This document shows, one piece after another, positions 28,601 through 43,600 of a stretch of 64,000 bases of DNA; within the stretch, counting starts at the first letter, position 1; every line of letters starts with the position of its first letter. The notes under the pieces were generated by a model. That model saw only the letters and a program-made list of their open reading frames with translations. It was not told the origin of the DNA and searched no databases. This DNA comes from Eledone cirrhosa (lineage: Eukaryota). The stretch lies in the NCBI GenBank assembly GCA_964016885.1, contig OZ024745.1:1-64000 (forward strand), given 5' to 3'. A program made the translations under genes and the position numbers.

Positions 28601-31600
28601 TAGTGGTGACAGATGTTATATATATAGGGGGTAGTGGTGACAGAAGTTATATAGGGTGTAGTGGTGACAGAGGTTATATAGGGTGTAGTGGTGACATGTT
28701 ATATATATAGGGTGTAGTGGTGACAGAAGTTATATAGGGTGTAGTGGTGACAGAAGTTATATAGGGTGTAGTGGTGACAGAAGTTATATATATAGGGTGT
28801 AGTGGTGACAGAAGTTATATAGGGTGTAGTGGTGACAGAAGTTATATAAGGTGTAGTGGTGACAGAAGTTATATATATAGGGTGTAGTGGTGACAGAAGT
28901 TATATAGGGTGTAGTGGTGACAGATGTTATATATATAGGGTGTAGTGGTGACAGAAGTTATATAGGGTGTAGTGGTGACAGAAGTTATATAGGGTGTAGT
29001 GGTGACAGAAGTTATATAGGGTGTAGTGGTGACAGAAGTTATATATATAGGGTGTAGTGGTGACAGAAGTTATATATATATAGGGTGTAGTGGTGACAGA
29101 GGTTATATATATAGGGTGTAGTGGTGACAGAGGTTATATATATAGGGTGTAGTGGTGACAGAAGTTATATATATAGGGTGTAGTGGTGACAGATGTTATA
29201 TATATAGGGTGTAGTAGTGACAGAAGTTATATATATAGGGTGTAGTGGTGACAGAGGTTATATATATAGGGTGTAGTGGTGACAGAAGTTATATAGGGTG
29301 TAGTGGTGACAGAAGTTATGTAGGGTGTAGTGGTGACAGATGTTATATAGGGTGTAGTGGTGACAGAAGTTATATATATAGGGTGTAGTAGTGACAGAAG
29401 TTATATATATAGGGTGTAGTGGTGACAGAGGTTATATATATATGGTGTAGTGGTGACAGAGGTTATATAGGGTGTAGTAGTGACAGAAGTTATATAGGGT
29501 GTAGTGTTGACAGAAGTTATATAGGGTGTAGTGGTGACAGAAGTTATATAGGGTGTAGTGGTGACAGAGGTTATATAGGGTGTAGTGGTGACAGAAGTTA
29601 TATATATAGGGTGTAGTGGTGACAGATGTTATATAGGGTGTAGTGGTGACAGAAGTTATATAGGGTGTAGTGGTGACAGAAGTTATATAGGGTGTAGTGG
29701 TGACAGATGTTATATATATAGGGTGTAGTGGTGACAGAAGTTATATATATATAGGGTGTAGTGGTGACAGAAGTTATATAGGGTGTAGTGGTGACAGAAG
29801 TTATATAGGGTGTAGTAGTGACAGAAGTTATATATATAGGGTGTAGTGGTGACAGAAGTTATATAGGGTGTAGTGGTGACAGAAGTTATATATATAGGGT
29901 GTAGTGGTGACAGAAGTTATATAGGGTGTAGTGGTGACAGAAGTTATATATATAGGGTGTAGTGGTGACAGAAGTTATATATATAGGGCGTAGTGGTGAC
30001 AGAAGTTATATAGGGTGTAGTGGTGACAGAAGTTATATATATAGGGTGTAGTGGTGACAGAAGTTATATATATAGGGTGTACTGGTGACAGGTTATATAT
30101 ATAGGGTGTAGTGGTGACAGAAGTTATATAGGGTGTAGTGGTGACAGAGGTTATATAGGGTGTAGTGGTGACAGAAGTTATATATATAGGGTGTAGTGGT
30201 GACAGAAGTTATATAGGGTGTAGTGGTGACAGAGGTTATATAGGGTGTAGTGGTGACAGAAGTTATATATATAGGGTGTAGTGGTGACAGAAGTTATATA
30301 GGGTGTAGTGGTGACAGAAGTTATATAGGGTGTAGTAGTGACAGAAGTTATATAGGGTGTAGTAGTGACAGAAGTTATATATATAGGGTGTAGTGGTGAC
30401 AGAAATTATATATATAGGGTGTAGTGGTGACAGAAATTATATATATAGGGTGTAGTGGTGACAGATGTTATATAGGGTGTAGTGGTGACAGAAGTTATAT
30501 AGGGTGTAGTGGTGACAGATGTTATATAGGGGGTAGTGGTGACAGAAGTTATATAGGGTGTAGTGGTGACGGAAGTTATATAGGGTGTAGTGGTGACAGA
30601 AGTTATATAGGGTGTAGTGGTGACAGAAGTTATATATATAGGGTGTAGTGGTGACAGAAGTTATATATATAGGGCGTAGTGGTGACAGAAGTTATATAGG
30701 GTGTAGTGGTGACAGAAGTTATATATATATAGGGTGTAGTGGTGACAGAGGTTATATATATAGGGTGTAGTGGTGACAGAAGTTATATAGGGTGTAGTGG
30801 TGACAGAGGTAATATAGGGTGTAGTGGTGACAGAAGTTATATATATAGGGTGTAGTGGTGACAGATGTTATATAGGGTGTAGTGGTGACAGAAGTTATAT
30901 AGGGTGTAGTGGTGACAGATGTTATATAGGGGGTAGTGGTGACAGAAGTTATATAGGGTGTAGTGGTGACAGAAGTTATATATGGTGTAGTGGTGACAGA
31001 AGTTATATAGGGTGTAGTGGTGACAGAAGTTATATATATAGGGTGTAGTGGTAACAGAAGTTATATATATAGGGTGTAGTGGTGACAGATGTTATATAGG
31101 GTGTAGTGGTGACAGAAGTTATATAGGGTGTAGTGGTGACAGATGTTATATAGGGTGTAGTGGTGACAGAAGTTATATAGGGGGTAGTGGTAACAGAAGT
31201 TATATAGGGTGTAGTGGTGACAGATGTTATATAGGGTGTAGTGGTGACAGAAGTTATATATATAGGGTGTAGTAGTGACAGAAGTTATATATATAGGGTG
31301 TAGTGGTGACAGAAGTTATATAGGGTGTAGTTGTGACAGAAGTTATATAGGGTGTAGTGGTGACAGATGTTATATATATAGGGTGTAGTGGTGACAGAGG
31401 TTATATATATATGGTGTAGTGGTGACAGAAGTTATATAGGGTGTAGTAGTGACAGAAGTTATATAGGGTGTAGTGGTGACAGAAGTTATATAGGGTGTAG
31501 TGGTGACAGAGGTTATATAGGGTGTAGTGGTGACAGAAGTTATATATATAGGGTGTAGTGGTGACAGATGTTATATAGGGTGTAGTGGTGACAGAAGTTA

Positions 31601-34600
31601 TATAGGGTGTAGTGGTGACAGAAGTTATATAGGGTGTAGTGGTGACAGAAGTTATATAGGGTGTAGTGGTGACAGAAGTTATATAGGGTGTAGTGGTGAC
31701 AGATGTTATATATATAGGGTGTAGTGGTGACAGAAGTTATATATATAGGGTGTAGTGGTGACAGAAGTTATATAGGGTGTAGTGGTGACAGAAGTTATAT
31801 AGGGTGTAGTGGTGACAGAAGTTATATAGGGTGTAGTGGTGACAGAAGTTATATAGGGTGTAGTAGTGACAGAAGTTATATATATAGGGTGTAATGGTGA
31901 CAGAAGTTATATAGGGTGTAGTGGCGACAGAAGTTATATATATAGGGTGTAGTGGTGACAGAAGTTATATAGGGCGTAGTGGTGACAGAAGTTATATATA
32001 TAGGGTGTAGTGGTGACAGAAGTTATATATATAGGGCGTAGTGGTGACAGAAGTTATATAGGGTGTAGTGGTGACAGAAGTTATATATATAGGGTGTAGT
32101 GGTGACAGAAGTTATATATATAGGGTGTAGTGGTGACAGAAGTTATATATATAGGGTGTAGTGGTGACAGAGGTTATATATATAGGGTGTAGTGGTGACA
32201 GAAGTTATATAGGGTGTAGTGGTGACAGAGGTTATATAGGGTGTAGTGGTGACAGAGGTTATATAGGGTGTAGTGGTGACAGAAGTTATATATATAGGGT
32301 GTAGTGGTGACAGATGTTATATAGGGTGTAGTGGTGACAGAAGTTATATAGGGTGTAGTGGTGACAGATGTTATATAGGGGGTAGTGGTGACAGAAGTTA
32401 TATAGGGTGTAGTGGTGACAGAAGTTATATAGGGTGTAGTGGTGACAGAAGTTATATATGGTGTAGTGGTGACAGAAGTTATATAGGGTGTAGTGGTGAC
32501 AGAAGTTATATATATAGGGTGTAGTGGTAACAGAAGTTATATATATAGGGTGTAGTGGTGACAGATGTTATATAGGGTGTAGTGGTGACAGAAGTTATAT
32601 AGGGGGTAGTGGTGACAGAGGTTATATAGGGTGTAGTGGTGACAGAAGTTATATAGAGTGTAGTGGTGACAGATGTTATATAGGGTGTAGTGGTGACAGA
32701 TGTTATATAGGGTGTAGTGGTGACAGAAGTTATATATATAGGGTGTAGTGGTGACAGAAGTTATATAGGGTGTAGTGGTGACAGATGTTATATAGGGTGT
32801 AGTGGTGACAGAAGTTATATAGGGGGTAGTGGTGACAGAGGTTATATAGGGTGTAGTGGTGACAGAAATTATATAGGGTGTAGTGGTGACATGTTATATA
32901 GGGTGTAGTGGTGACAGAAGTTATATATATAGGGTGTAGTGGTGACAGAAGTTATATAGGGTGTAGTGGTGACAGAAGTTATATAGGGTGTAGTGGTGAC
33001 AGATGTTATATAGGGTGTAGTGGTGACAGAAGTTATATATATAGGGTGTAGTGGTGACAGATGTTATATAGGGGGTAGTGGTGACAGAAGTTATATATAT
33101 AGGGTGTAGTGGTAACAGAAGTTATATAGGGTGTAGTGGTGACAGAAGTTATATAGGGTGTAGTGGTAATAGAAGTTATATATATAGGGTGTAGTGGTGA
33201 CAGATGTTATATAGGGGGTAGTGGTGACAGAAGTTATATAGGGGGTAGTGGTGACAGAAGTTATATATATAGGGTGTAGTGGTAACAGAAGTTATATAGG
33301 GTGTAGTGGTGACAGAAGTTATATATATAGGGTGTAGTGGTGACAGAAGTTATATATATAGGGTGTAGTGGTGACAGAAGTTATATATATAGGGCGTAGT
33401 GGTGACAGAAGTTATATAGGGTGTAGTGGTGACAGAAGTTATATATATAGGGTGTAGTGGTGACAGAAGTTATATAGGGTGTAGTGGTGACAGAAGTTAT
33501 ATAGGGTGTAGTGGTGACAGATGTTATATAGGGTGTAGTGGTGACAGAAGTTATATATACAGGGTGTAGTGGTGACAGAAGTTATATAGGGTGTAGTGGT
33601 GACAGAAGTTATATAGGGTGTAGTGGTGACAGAAGTTATATAGGGTGTAGTGGTGACAGAAGTTATATATATAGGGTGTAGTGGTGACAGAAGTTATATA
33701 TATATAGGGTGTAGTGGTGACAGAGGTTATATATATAGGGTGTAGTGGTGACAGAAGTTATATATATAGGGTGGAGTGGTGACAGAAGTTATATAGGGTG
33801 TAGTGGTGACAGAAGTTATATAGGGTGTAGTGGTGAGAGAAGTTATATATATAGGGTGTAGTGGTGACAGAAGTTATATATATATAGGGTGTAGTGGTGA
33901 CAGAGGTTATATATATATAGGGTGTAGTGGTGACAGAAGTTATATAGGGTGTAGTGGTGACAGAAGTTATATATATAGGGTGTAGTGGTGACAGAGGTTA
34001 TATATATAGGGTGTAGTGGTGACAGAAGTTATATATATAGGGTGTAGTGGTGACAGAAGTTATATATATAGGGTGTAGTGGTGACAGAAGTTATATATAT
34101 ATAGGGTGTAGTGGTGACAGAGGTTATATATATAGGGTGTAGTGGTGACAGAAGTTATATATATAGGGTGGAGTGGTGACAGAAGTTATATATATATAGG
34201 GTGTAGTGGTGACAGAGGTTATATATATAGGGTGTAGTGGTGACAGAAGTTATATATATAGGGTGGAGTGGTGACAGAAGTTATATATATAGGGTGTAGT
34301 GGTGACAGAAGTTATATATATAGGGTGTAGTGGTGACAGAAGTTATATAGGGTGTAGTGGTGACAGAAGTTATATATATAGGGTGTAGTGGTGACAGATG
34401 TTATATATAGGGTGTAGTGGTGACAGAAGTTATATAGGGTGTAGTGGTGACAGAAGTTATATAGGGTGTAGTGGTGACAGAAGTTATATATATAGGGTGT
34501 AGTGGTGACAGAAGTTATATATATAGGGCGTAGTGGTGACAGAAGTTATATAGGGTGTAGTGGTGACAGAAGTTATATATATAGGGTGTAGTGGTGACAG

Positions 34601-37600
34601 AAGTTATATATATATAGGGTGTAGTGGTGACAGAAGTTATATATATAGGGTGTAGTGGTGACAGAGGTTATATATATAGGGTGTAGTGGTGACAGAAGTT
34701 ATATAGGGTGTAGTGGTGACAGAAGTTATATATATAGGGTGTAGTGGTGACAGAAGTTATATAGGGTGTAGTGGTGACAGAAGTTATATAGGGTATAGTG
34801 GTGACAGATGTTATATATATAGGGGGTAGTGGTGACAGAAGTTATATAGGGTGTAGTGGTGACAGAGGTTATATAGGGTGTAGTGGTGACATGTTATATA
34901 TATAGGGTGTAGTGGTGACAGAAGTTATATAGGGTGTAGTGGTGACAGAAGTTATATATATAGGGTGTAGTGGTGACAGAAGTTATATAGGGTGTAGTGG
35001 TGACAGAAGTTATATAAGGTGTAGTGGTGACAGAAGTTATATATATAGGGTGTAGTGGTGACAGAAGTTATATAGGGTGTAGTGGTGACAGATGTTATAT
35101 ATATAGGGTGTAGTGGTGACAGAAGTTATATAGGGTGTAGTGGTGACAGAAGTTATATAGGGTGTAGTGGTGACAGAAGTTATATAGGGTGTAGTGGTGA
35201 CAGAAGTTATATATATAGGGTGTAGTGGTGACAGAAGTTATATATATATAGGGTGTAGTGGTGACAGAGGTTATATATATAGGGTGTAGTGGTGACAGAG
35301 GTTATATATATAGGGTGTAGTGGTGACAGAAGTTATATATATAGGGTGTAGTGGTGACAGATGTTATATATATAGGGTGTAGTAGTGACAGAAGTTATAT
35401 ATATAGGGTGTAGTGGTGACAGAGGTTATATATATAGGGTGTAGTGGTGACAGAAGTTATATAGGGTGTAGTGGTGACAGAAGTTATGTAGGGTGTAGTG
35501 GTGACAGATGTTATATAGGATGTAGTGGTGACAGAAGTTATATATATAGGGTGTAGTAGTGACAGAAGTTATATATATAGGGTGTAGTGGTGACAGAAGT
35601 TATATAGGGTGTAGTGGTGACAGAAGTTATATAGGGTGTAGTGGTGACAGATGTTATATAGGGTGTAGTGGTGACAGAAGTTATATATATAGGGTGTAGT
35701 GGTGACAGAGGTTATATATATATATGGTGTAGTGGTGACAGAAGTTATATAGGGTGTAGTAGTGACAGAAGTTATATAGGGTGTAGTGGTGACAGAAGTT
35801 ATATAGGGTGTAGTGGTGACAGAAGTTATATAGGGTGTAGTGGTGACAGAAGTTATATAGGGTGTAGTGGTGACAGAGGTTATATAGGGTGTAGTGGTGA
35901 CAGAAGTTATATATATAGGGTGTAGTGGTGACAGATGTTATATAGGGTGTAGTGGTGACAGAAGTTATATAGGGTGTAGTGGTGACAGAAGTTATATAGG
36001 GTGTAGTGGTGACAGATGTTATATATATAGGGTGTAGTGGTGACAGAAGTTATATATATAGGGTGTAGTGGTGACAGAAGTTATATAGGGTGTAGTGGTG
36101 ACAGAAGTTATATAGGGTGTAGTAGTGACAGAAGTTATATATATAGGGTGTAGTGGTGACAGAAGTTATATAGGGTGTAGTGGTGACAGAAGTTATATAT
36201 ATAGGGTGTAGTGGTGACAGAAGTTATATAGGGTGTAGTGGTGACAGAAGTTATATATATAGGGTGTAGTGGTGACAGAAGTTATATAGGGTGTAGTGGT
36301 GACAGAAGTTATATATATAGGGTGTAGTGGTGACAGAAGTTATATAGGGTGTAGTGGTGACAGAAGTTATATAGGGTGTAGTGGTGACAGAAGTTATATA
36401 TATAGGGTGTAGTGGTGACAGATGTTATATATATAGGGTGTAGTGGTGACAGATGTTATATATATAGGGTGTAGTGGTGACAGAGGTTATATATATAGGG
36501 TGTAGTGGTGACAGAAGTTATATATATAGGGGGTAGTGGTGACAGAAGTTATATAGGGTGTAGTAGTGACAGAAGTTATATATATAGGGTGTAGTGGTGA
36601 CAGAGGTTATATATATAGGGTGTAGTGGTGACAGAAGTTATATATATAGGGCGTAGTGGTGACAGAAGTTATATAGGGTGTAGTGGTGACAGAAGTTATA
36701 TATATAGGGTGTAGTGGTGACAGAAGTTATATAGGGTGTAGTGGTGACAGAAGTTATATATAGGTGTAGTGGTGACAGAAGTTATATATATAGGGTGTAG
36801 TGGTGACAGAAGTTATATATATAGGGTGTAGTGGTGACAGAAGTTATATATATAGGGCGTAGTGGTGACAGAAGTTATATATATAGGGTGTAGTGGTGAC
36901 AGAAGTTATATATAGGGTGTAGTGGTGACAGAGTTATATATATAGGGTGTAGTGGTGACAGAAGTTATATATATAGGGTGTAGTGGTGACAGAAGTTATA
37001 TAGGGTGTAGTGGTGACAGAAGTTATATATATAGGGTGTAGTGGTGACAGAAGTTATATAGGGTGTAGTGGTGACAGAAGTTATATATATAGGGTGTAGT
37101 GGTGACAGAAGTTATATATATAGGGCGTAGTGGTGACAGAAGTTATATAGGGTGTAGTGGTGACAGAAGTTATATATATAGGGTGTAGTGGTGACAGAAG
37201 TTATATATATATAGGGTGTAGTGGTGACAGAAGTTATATATATAGGGTGTAGTGGTGACAGAGGTTATATATATAGGGTGTAGTGGTGACAGAAATTATA
37301 TAGGGTGTAGTGGTGACAGAAGTTATATATATAGGGTGTAGTGGTGACAGAAGTTATATAGGGTGTAGTGGTGACAGAAGTTATATAGGGTGTAGTGGTG
37401 ACAGATGTTATATATATAGGGGGTAGTGGTGACAGAAGTTATATAGGGTGTAGTGGTGACAGAGGTTATATAGGGTGTAGTGGTGACATGTTATATATAT
37501 AGGGTGTAGTGGTGACAGAAGTTATATAGGGTGTAGTGGTGACAGAAGTTATATAGGGTGTAGTGGTGACAGAAGTTATATATATAGGGTGTAGTGGTGA

Positions 37601-40600
37601 CAGAAGTTATATAGGGTGTAGTGGTGACAGAAGTTATATAAGGTGTAGTGGTGACAGAAGTTATATATATAGGGTGTAGTGGTGACAGAAGTTATATAGG
37701 GTGTAGTGGTGACAGATGTTATATATATAGGGTGTAGTGGTGACAGAAGTTATATAGGGTGTAGTGGTGACAGAAGTTATATAGGGTGTAGTGGTGACAG
37801 AAGTTATATAGGGTGTAGTGGTGACAGAAGTTATATATATAGGGTGTAGTGGTGACAGAAGTTATATATATATAGGGTGTAGTGGTGACAGAGGTTATAT
37901 ATATAGGGTGTAGTGGTGACAGAGGTTATATATATAGGGTGTAGTGGTGACAGAAGTTATATATATAGGGTGTAGTGGTGACAGATGTTATATATATAGG
38001 GTGTAGTAGTGACAGAAGTTATATATATAGGGTGTAGTGGTGACAGAGGTTATATATATAGGGTGTAGTGGTGACAGAAGTTATATAGGGTGTAGTGGTG
38101 ACAGAAGTTATGTAGGGTGTAGTGGTGACAGATGTTATATAGGGTGTAGTGGTGACAGAAGTTATATATATAGGGTGTAGTAGTGACAGAAGTTATATAT
38201 ATAGGGTGTAGTGGTGACAGAGGTTATATATATATGGTGTAGTGGTGACAGAGGTTATATAGGGTGTAGTAGTGACAGAAGTTATATAGGGTGTAGTGTT
38301 GACAGAAGTTATATAGGGTGTAGTGGTGACAGAAGTTATATAGGGTGTAGTGGTGACAGAGGTTATATAGGGTGTAGTGGTGACAGAAGTTATATATATA
38401 GGGTGTAGTGGTGACAGATGTTATATAGGGTGTAGTGGTGACAGAAGTTATATAGGGTGTAGTGGTGACAGAAGTTATATAGGGTGTAGTGGTGACAGAT
38501 GCTATATATATAGGGTGTAGTGGTGACAGAAGTTATATATATATAGGGTGTAGTGGTGACAGAAGTTATATAGGGTGTAGTGGTGACAGAAGTTATATAG
38601 GGTGTAGTAGTGACAGAAGTTATATATATAGGGTGTAGTGGTGACAGAAGTTATATAGGGTGTAGTGGTGACAGAAGTTATATATATAGGGTGTAGTGGT
38701 GACAGAAGTTATATAGGGTGTAGTGGTGACAGAAGTTATATATATAGGGTGTAGTGGTGACAGAAGTTATATATATAGGGCGTAGTGGTGACAGAAGTTA
38801 TATAGGGTGTAGTGGTGACAGAAGTTATATATATAGGGTGTAGTGGTGACAGAAGTTATATATATAGGGTGTACTGGTGACAGGTTATATATATAGGGTG
38901 TAGTGGTGACAGAAGTTATATAGGGTGTAGTGGTGACAGAGGTTATATAGGGTGTAGTGGTGACAGAAGTTATATATATAGGGTGTAGTGGTGACAGAAG
39001 TTATATAGGGTGTAGTGGTGACAGAGGTTATATAGGGTGTAGTGGTGACAGAAGTTATATATATAGGGTGTAGTGGTGACAGAAGTTATATAGGGTGTAG
39101 TGGTGACAGAAGTTATATAGGGTGTAGTAGTGACAGAAGTTATATATATAGGGTGTAGTGGTGACAGAAGTTATATAGGGTGTAGTGGTGACAGAAATTA
39201 TATATATAGGGTGTAGTGGTGACAGATGTTATATAGGGTGTAGTGGTGACAGAAGTTATATAGGGTGTAGTGGTGACAGATGTTATATAGGGGGTAGTGG
39301 TGACAGAAGTTATATAGGGTGTAGTGGTGACGGAAGTTATATAGGGTGTAGTGGTGACAGAAGTTATATAGGGTGTAGTGGTGACAGAAGTTATATATAT
39401 AGGGTGTAGTGGTGACAGAAGTTATATATATAGGGCGTAGTGGTGACAGAAGTTATATAGGGTGTAGTGGTGACAGAAGTTATATATATAGGGTGTAGTG
39501 GTGACAGAGGTTATATATATATAGGGTGTAGTGGTGACAGAAGTTATATAGGGTGTAGTGGTGACAGAGGTAATATAGGGTGTAGTGGTGACAGAAGTTA
39601 TATATATAGGGTGTAGTGGTGACAGATGTTATATAGGGTGTAGTGGTGACAGAAGTTATATAGGGTGTAGTGGTGACAGATGTTATATAGGGGGTAGTGG
39701 TGACAGAAGTTATATAGGGTGTAGTGGTGACAGAAGTTATATATGGTGTAGTGGTGACAGAAGTTATATAGGGTGTAGTGGTGACAGAAGTTATATATAT
39801 AGGGTGTAGTGGTAACAGAAGTTATATATATAGGGTGTAGTGGTGACAGATGTTATATAGGGTGTAGTGGTGACAGAAGTTATATAGGGTGTAGTGGTGA
39901 CAGATGTTATATAGGGTGTAGTGGTGACAGAAGTTATATAGGGGGTAGTGGTAACAGAAGTTATATAGGGTGTAGTGGTGACAGATGTTATATAGGGTGT
40001 AGTGGTGACAGAAGTTATATATATAGGGTGTAGTAGTGACAGAAGTTATATATATAGGGTGTAGTGGTGACAGAAGTTATATAGGGTGTAGTTGTGACAG
40101 AAGTTATATAGGGTGTAGTGGTGACAGATGTTATATAGGGTGTAGTGGTGACAGAAGTTATATAGGGGGTAGTGGTGACAGAAGTTATATATATAGGGTG
40201 TAGTGGTAACAGAAGTTATATAGGGTGTAGTGGTGACAGAAGTTATATATATAGGGTGTAGTGGTGACAGAAGTTATATATATAGGGTGTAGTGGTGACA
40301 GAAGTTATATATATAGGGCGTAGTGGTGACAGAAGTTATATAGGGTGTAGTGGTGACAGAAGTTATATATATAGGGTGTAGTGGTGACAGAAGTTATATA
40401 GGGTGTAGTGGTGACAGAAGTTATATAGGGTGTAGTGGTGACAGATGTTATATAGGGTGTAGTGGTGACAGAAGTTATATATACAGGGTGTAGTGGTGAC
40501 AGAAGTTATATAGGGTGTAGTGGTGACAGAAGTTATATAGGGTGTAGTGGTGACAGAAGTTATATAGGGTGTAGTGGTGACAGAAGTTATATATATAGGG

Positions 40601-43600
40601 TGTAGTGGTGACAGAAGTTATATATATATAGGGTGTAGTGGTGACAGAGGTTATATATATAGGGTGTAGTGGTGACAGAAGTTATATATATAGGGTGGAG
40701 TGGTGACAGAAGTTATATAGGGTGTAGTGGTGACAGAAGTTATATAGGGTGTAGTGGTGACAGAAGTTATATAGGGTGTAGTAGTGACAGAAGTTATATA
40801 TATAGGGTGTAATGGTGACAGAAGTTATATAGGGTGTAGTGGTGACAGAAGTTATATATATAGGGTGTAGTGGTGACAGAAGTTATATAGGGTGTAGTGG
40901 TGACAGAAGTTATATAGGGTGTAGTGGTGACAGATGTTATATATATAGGGTGTAGTGGTGACAGAAGTTATATATATAGGGTGTAGTGGTGACAGAAGTT
41001 ATATAGGGTGTAGTGGTGACAGAAGTTATATAGGGTGTAGTGGTGACAGAAGTTATATAGGGTGTAGTGGTGACAGAAGTTATATAGGGTGTAGTAGTGA
41101 CAGAAGTTATATATATAGGGTGTAATGGTGACAGAAGTTATATAGGGTGTAGTGGCGACAGAAGTTATATATATAGGGTGTAGTGGTGACAGAAGTTATA
41201 TAGGGCGTAGTGGTGACAGAAGTTATATATATAGGGTGTAGTGGTGACAGAAGTTATATATATAGGGCGTAGTGGTGACAGAAGTTATATAGGGTGTAGT
41301 GGTGACAGAAGTTATATATATAGGGTGTAGTGGTGACAGAAGTTATATATATAGGGTGTAGTGGTGACAGAAGTTATATATATAGGGTGTAGTGGTGACA
41401 GAGGTTATATATATAGGGTGTAGTGGTGACAGAAGTTATATAGGGTGTAGTGGTGACAGAGGTTATATAGGGTGTAGTGGTGACAGAGGTTATATAGGGT
41501 GTAGTGGTGACAGAAGTTATATATATAGGGTGTAGTGGTGACAGATGTTATATAGGGTGTAGTGGTGACAGAAGTTATATAGGGTGTAGTGGTGACAGAT
41601 GTTATATAGGGGGTAGTGGTGACAGAAGTTATATAGGGTGTAGTGGTGACAGAAGTTATATAGGGTGTAGTGGTGACAGAAGTTATATATGGTGTAGTGG
41701 TGACAGAAGTTATATATATAGGGTGTAGTGGTGACAGATGTTATATAGGGTGTAGTGGTGACAGAAGTTATATAGGGTGTAGTGGTGACAGAAGTTATAT
41801 AGGGTGTAGTGGTGACAGATGTTATATATATAGGGTGTAGTGGTGACAGAAGTTATATATATAGGGTGTAGTGGTGACAGAAGTTATATAGGGTGTAGTG
41901 GTGACAGAAGTTATATAGGGTGTAGTAGTGACAGAAGTTATATATATAGGGTGTAGTGGTGACAGAAGTTATATAGGGTGTAGTGGTGACAGAAGTTATA
42001 TATATAGGGTGTAGTGGTGACAGAAGTTATATAGGGTGTAGTGGTGACAGAAGTTATATATATAGGGTGTAGTGGTGACAGAAGTTATATAGGGTGTAGT
42101 GGTGACAGAAGTTATATATATAGGGTGTAGTGGTGACAGAAGTTATATAGGGTGTAGTGGTGACAGAAGTTATATAGGGTGTAGTGGTGACAGAAGTTAT
42201 ATATATAGGGTGTAGTGGTGACAGATGTTATATATATAGGGTGTAGTGGTGACAGATGTTATATATATAGGGTGTAGTGGTGACAGAGGTTATATATATA
42301 GGGTGTAGTGGTGACAGAAGTTATATATATAGGGGGTAGTGGTGACAGAAGTTATATAGGGTGTAGTAGTGACAGAAGTTATATATATAGGGTGTAGTGG
42401 TGACAGAGGTTATATATATAGGGTGTAGTGGTGACAGAAGTTATATATATAGGGCGTAGTGGTGACAGAAGTTATATAGGGTGTAGTGGTGACAGAAGTT
42501 ATATATATAGGGTGTAGTGGTGACAGAAGTTATATATATAGGGTGTAGTGGTGACAGAAGTTATATATATAGGGTGTAGTGGTGACAGAAGTTATATATA
42601 TAGGGCGTAGTGGTGACAGAAGTTATATATATAGGGTGTAGTGGTGACAGAAGTTATATATATAGGGTGTAGTGGTGACAGAGTTATATATATAGGGTGT
42701 AGTGGTGACAGAAGTTATATATATAGGGTGTAGTGGTGACAGAAGTTATATAGGGTGTAGTGGTGACAGAAGTTATATATATAGGGTGTAGTGGTGACAG
42801 AAGTTATATAGGGTGTAGTGGTGACAGAAGTTATATAGGGTGTAGTGGTAATAGAAGTTATATATATAGGGTGTAGTGGTGACAGATGTTATATAGGGGG
42901 TAGTGGTGACAGAAGTTATATAGGGGGTAGTGGTGACAGAAGTTATATATATAGGGTGTAGTGGTAACAGAAGTTATATAGGGTGTAGTGGTGACAGAAG
43001 TTATATATATAGGGTGTAGTGGTGACAGAAGTTATATATATAGGGTGTAGTGGTGACAGAAGTTATATATATAGGGCGTAGTGGTGACAGAAGTTATATA
43101 GGGTGTAGTGGTGACAGAAGTTATATATATAGGGTGTAGTGGTGACAGAAGTTATATAGGGTGTAGTGGTGACAGAAGTTATATAGGGTGTAGTGGTGAC
43201 AGATGTTATATAGGGTGTAGTGGTGACAGAAGTTATATATACAGGGTGTAGTGGTGACAGAAGTTATATAGGGTGTAGTGGTGACAGAAGTTATATAGGG
43301 TGTAGTGGTGACAGAAGTTATATAGGGTGTAGTGGTGACAGAAGTTATATATATAGGGTGTAGTGGTGACAGAAGTTATATATAAATAGGGTGTAGTGGT
43401 GACAGAGGTTATATATATAGGGTGTAGTGGTGACAGAAGTTATATATATAGGGTGGAGTGGTGACAGAAGTTATATAGGGTGTAGTGGTGACAGAAGTTA
43501 TATAGGGTGTAGTGGTGAGAGAAGTTATATATATAGGGTGTAGTGGTGACAGAAGTTATATATATATAGGGTGTAGTGGTGACAGAGGTTATATATATAG

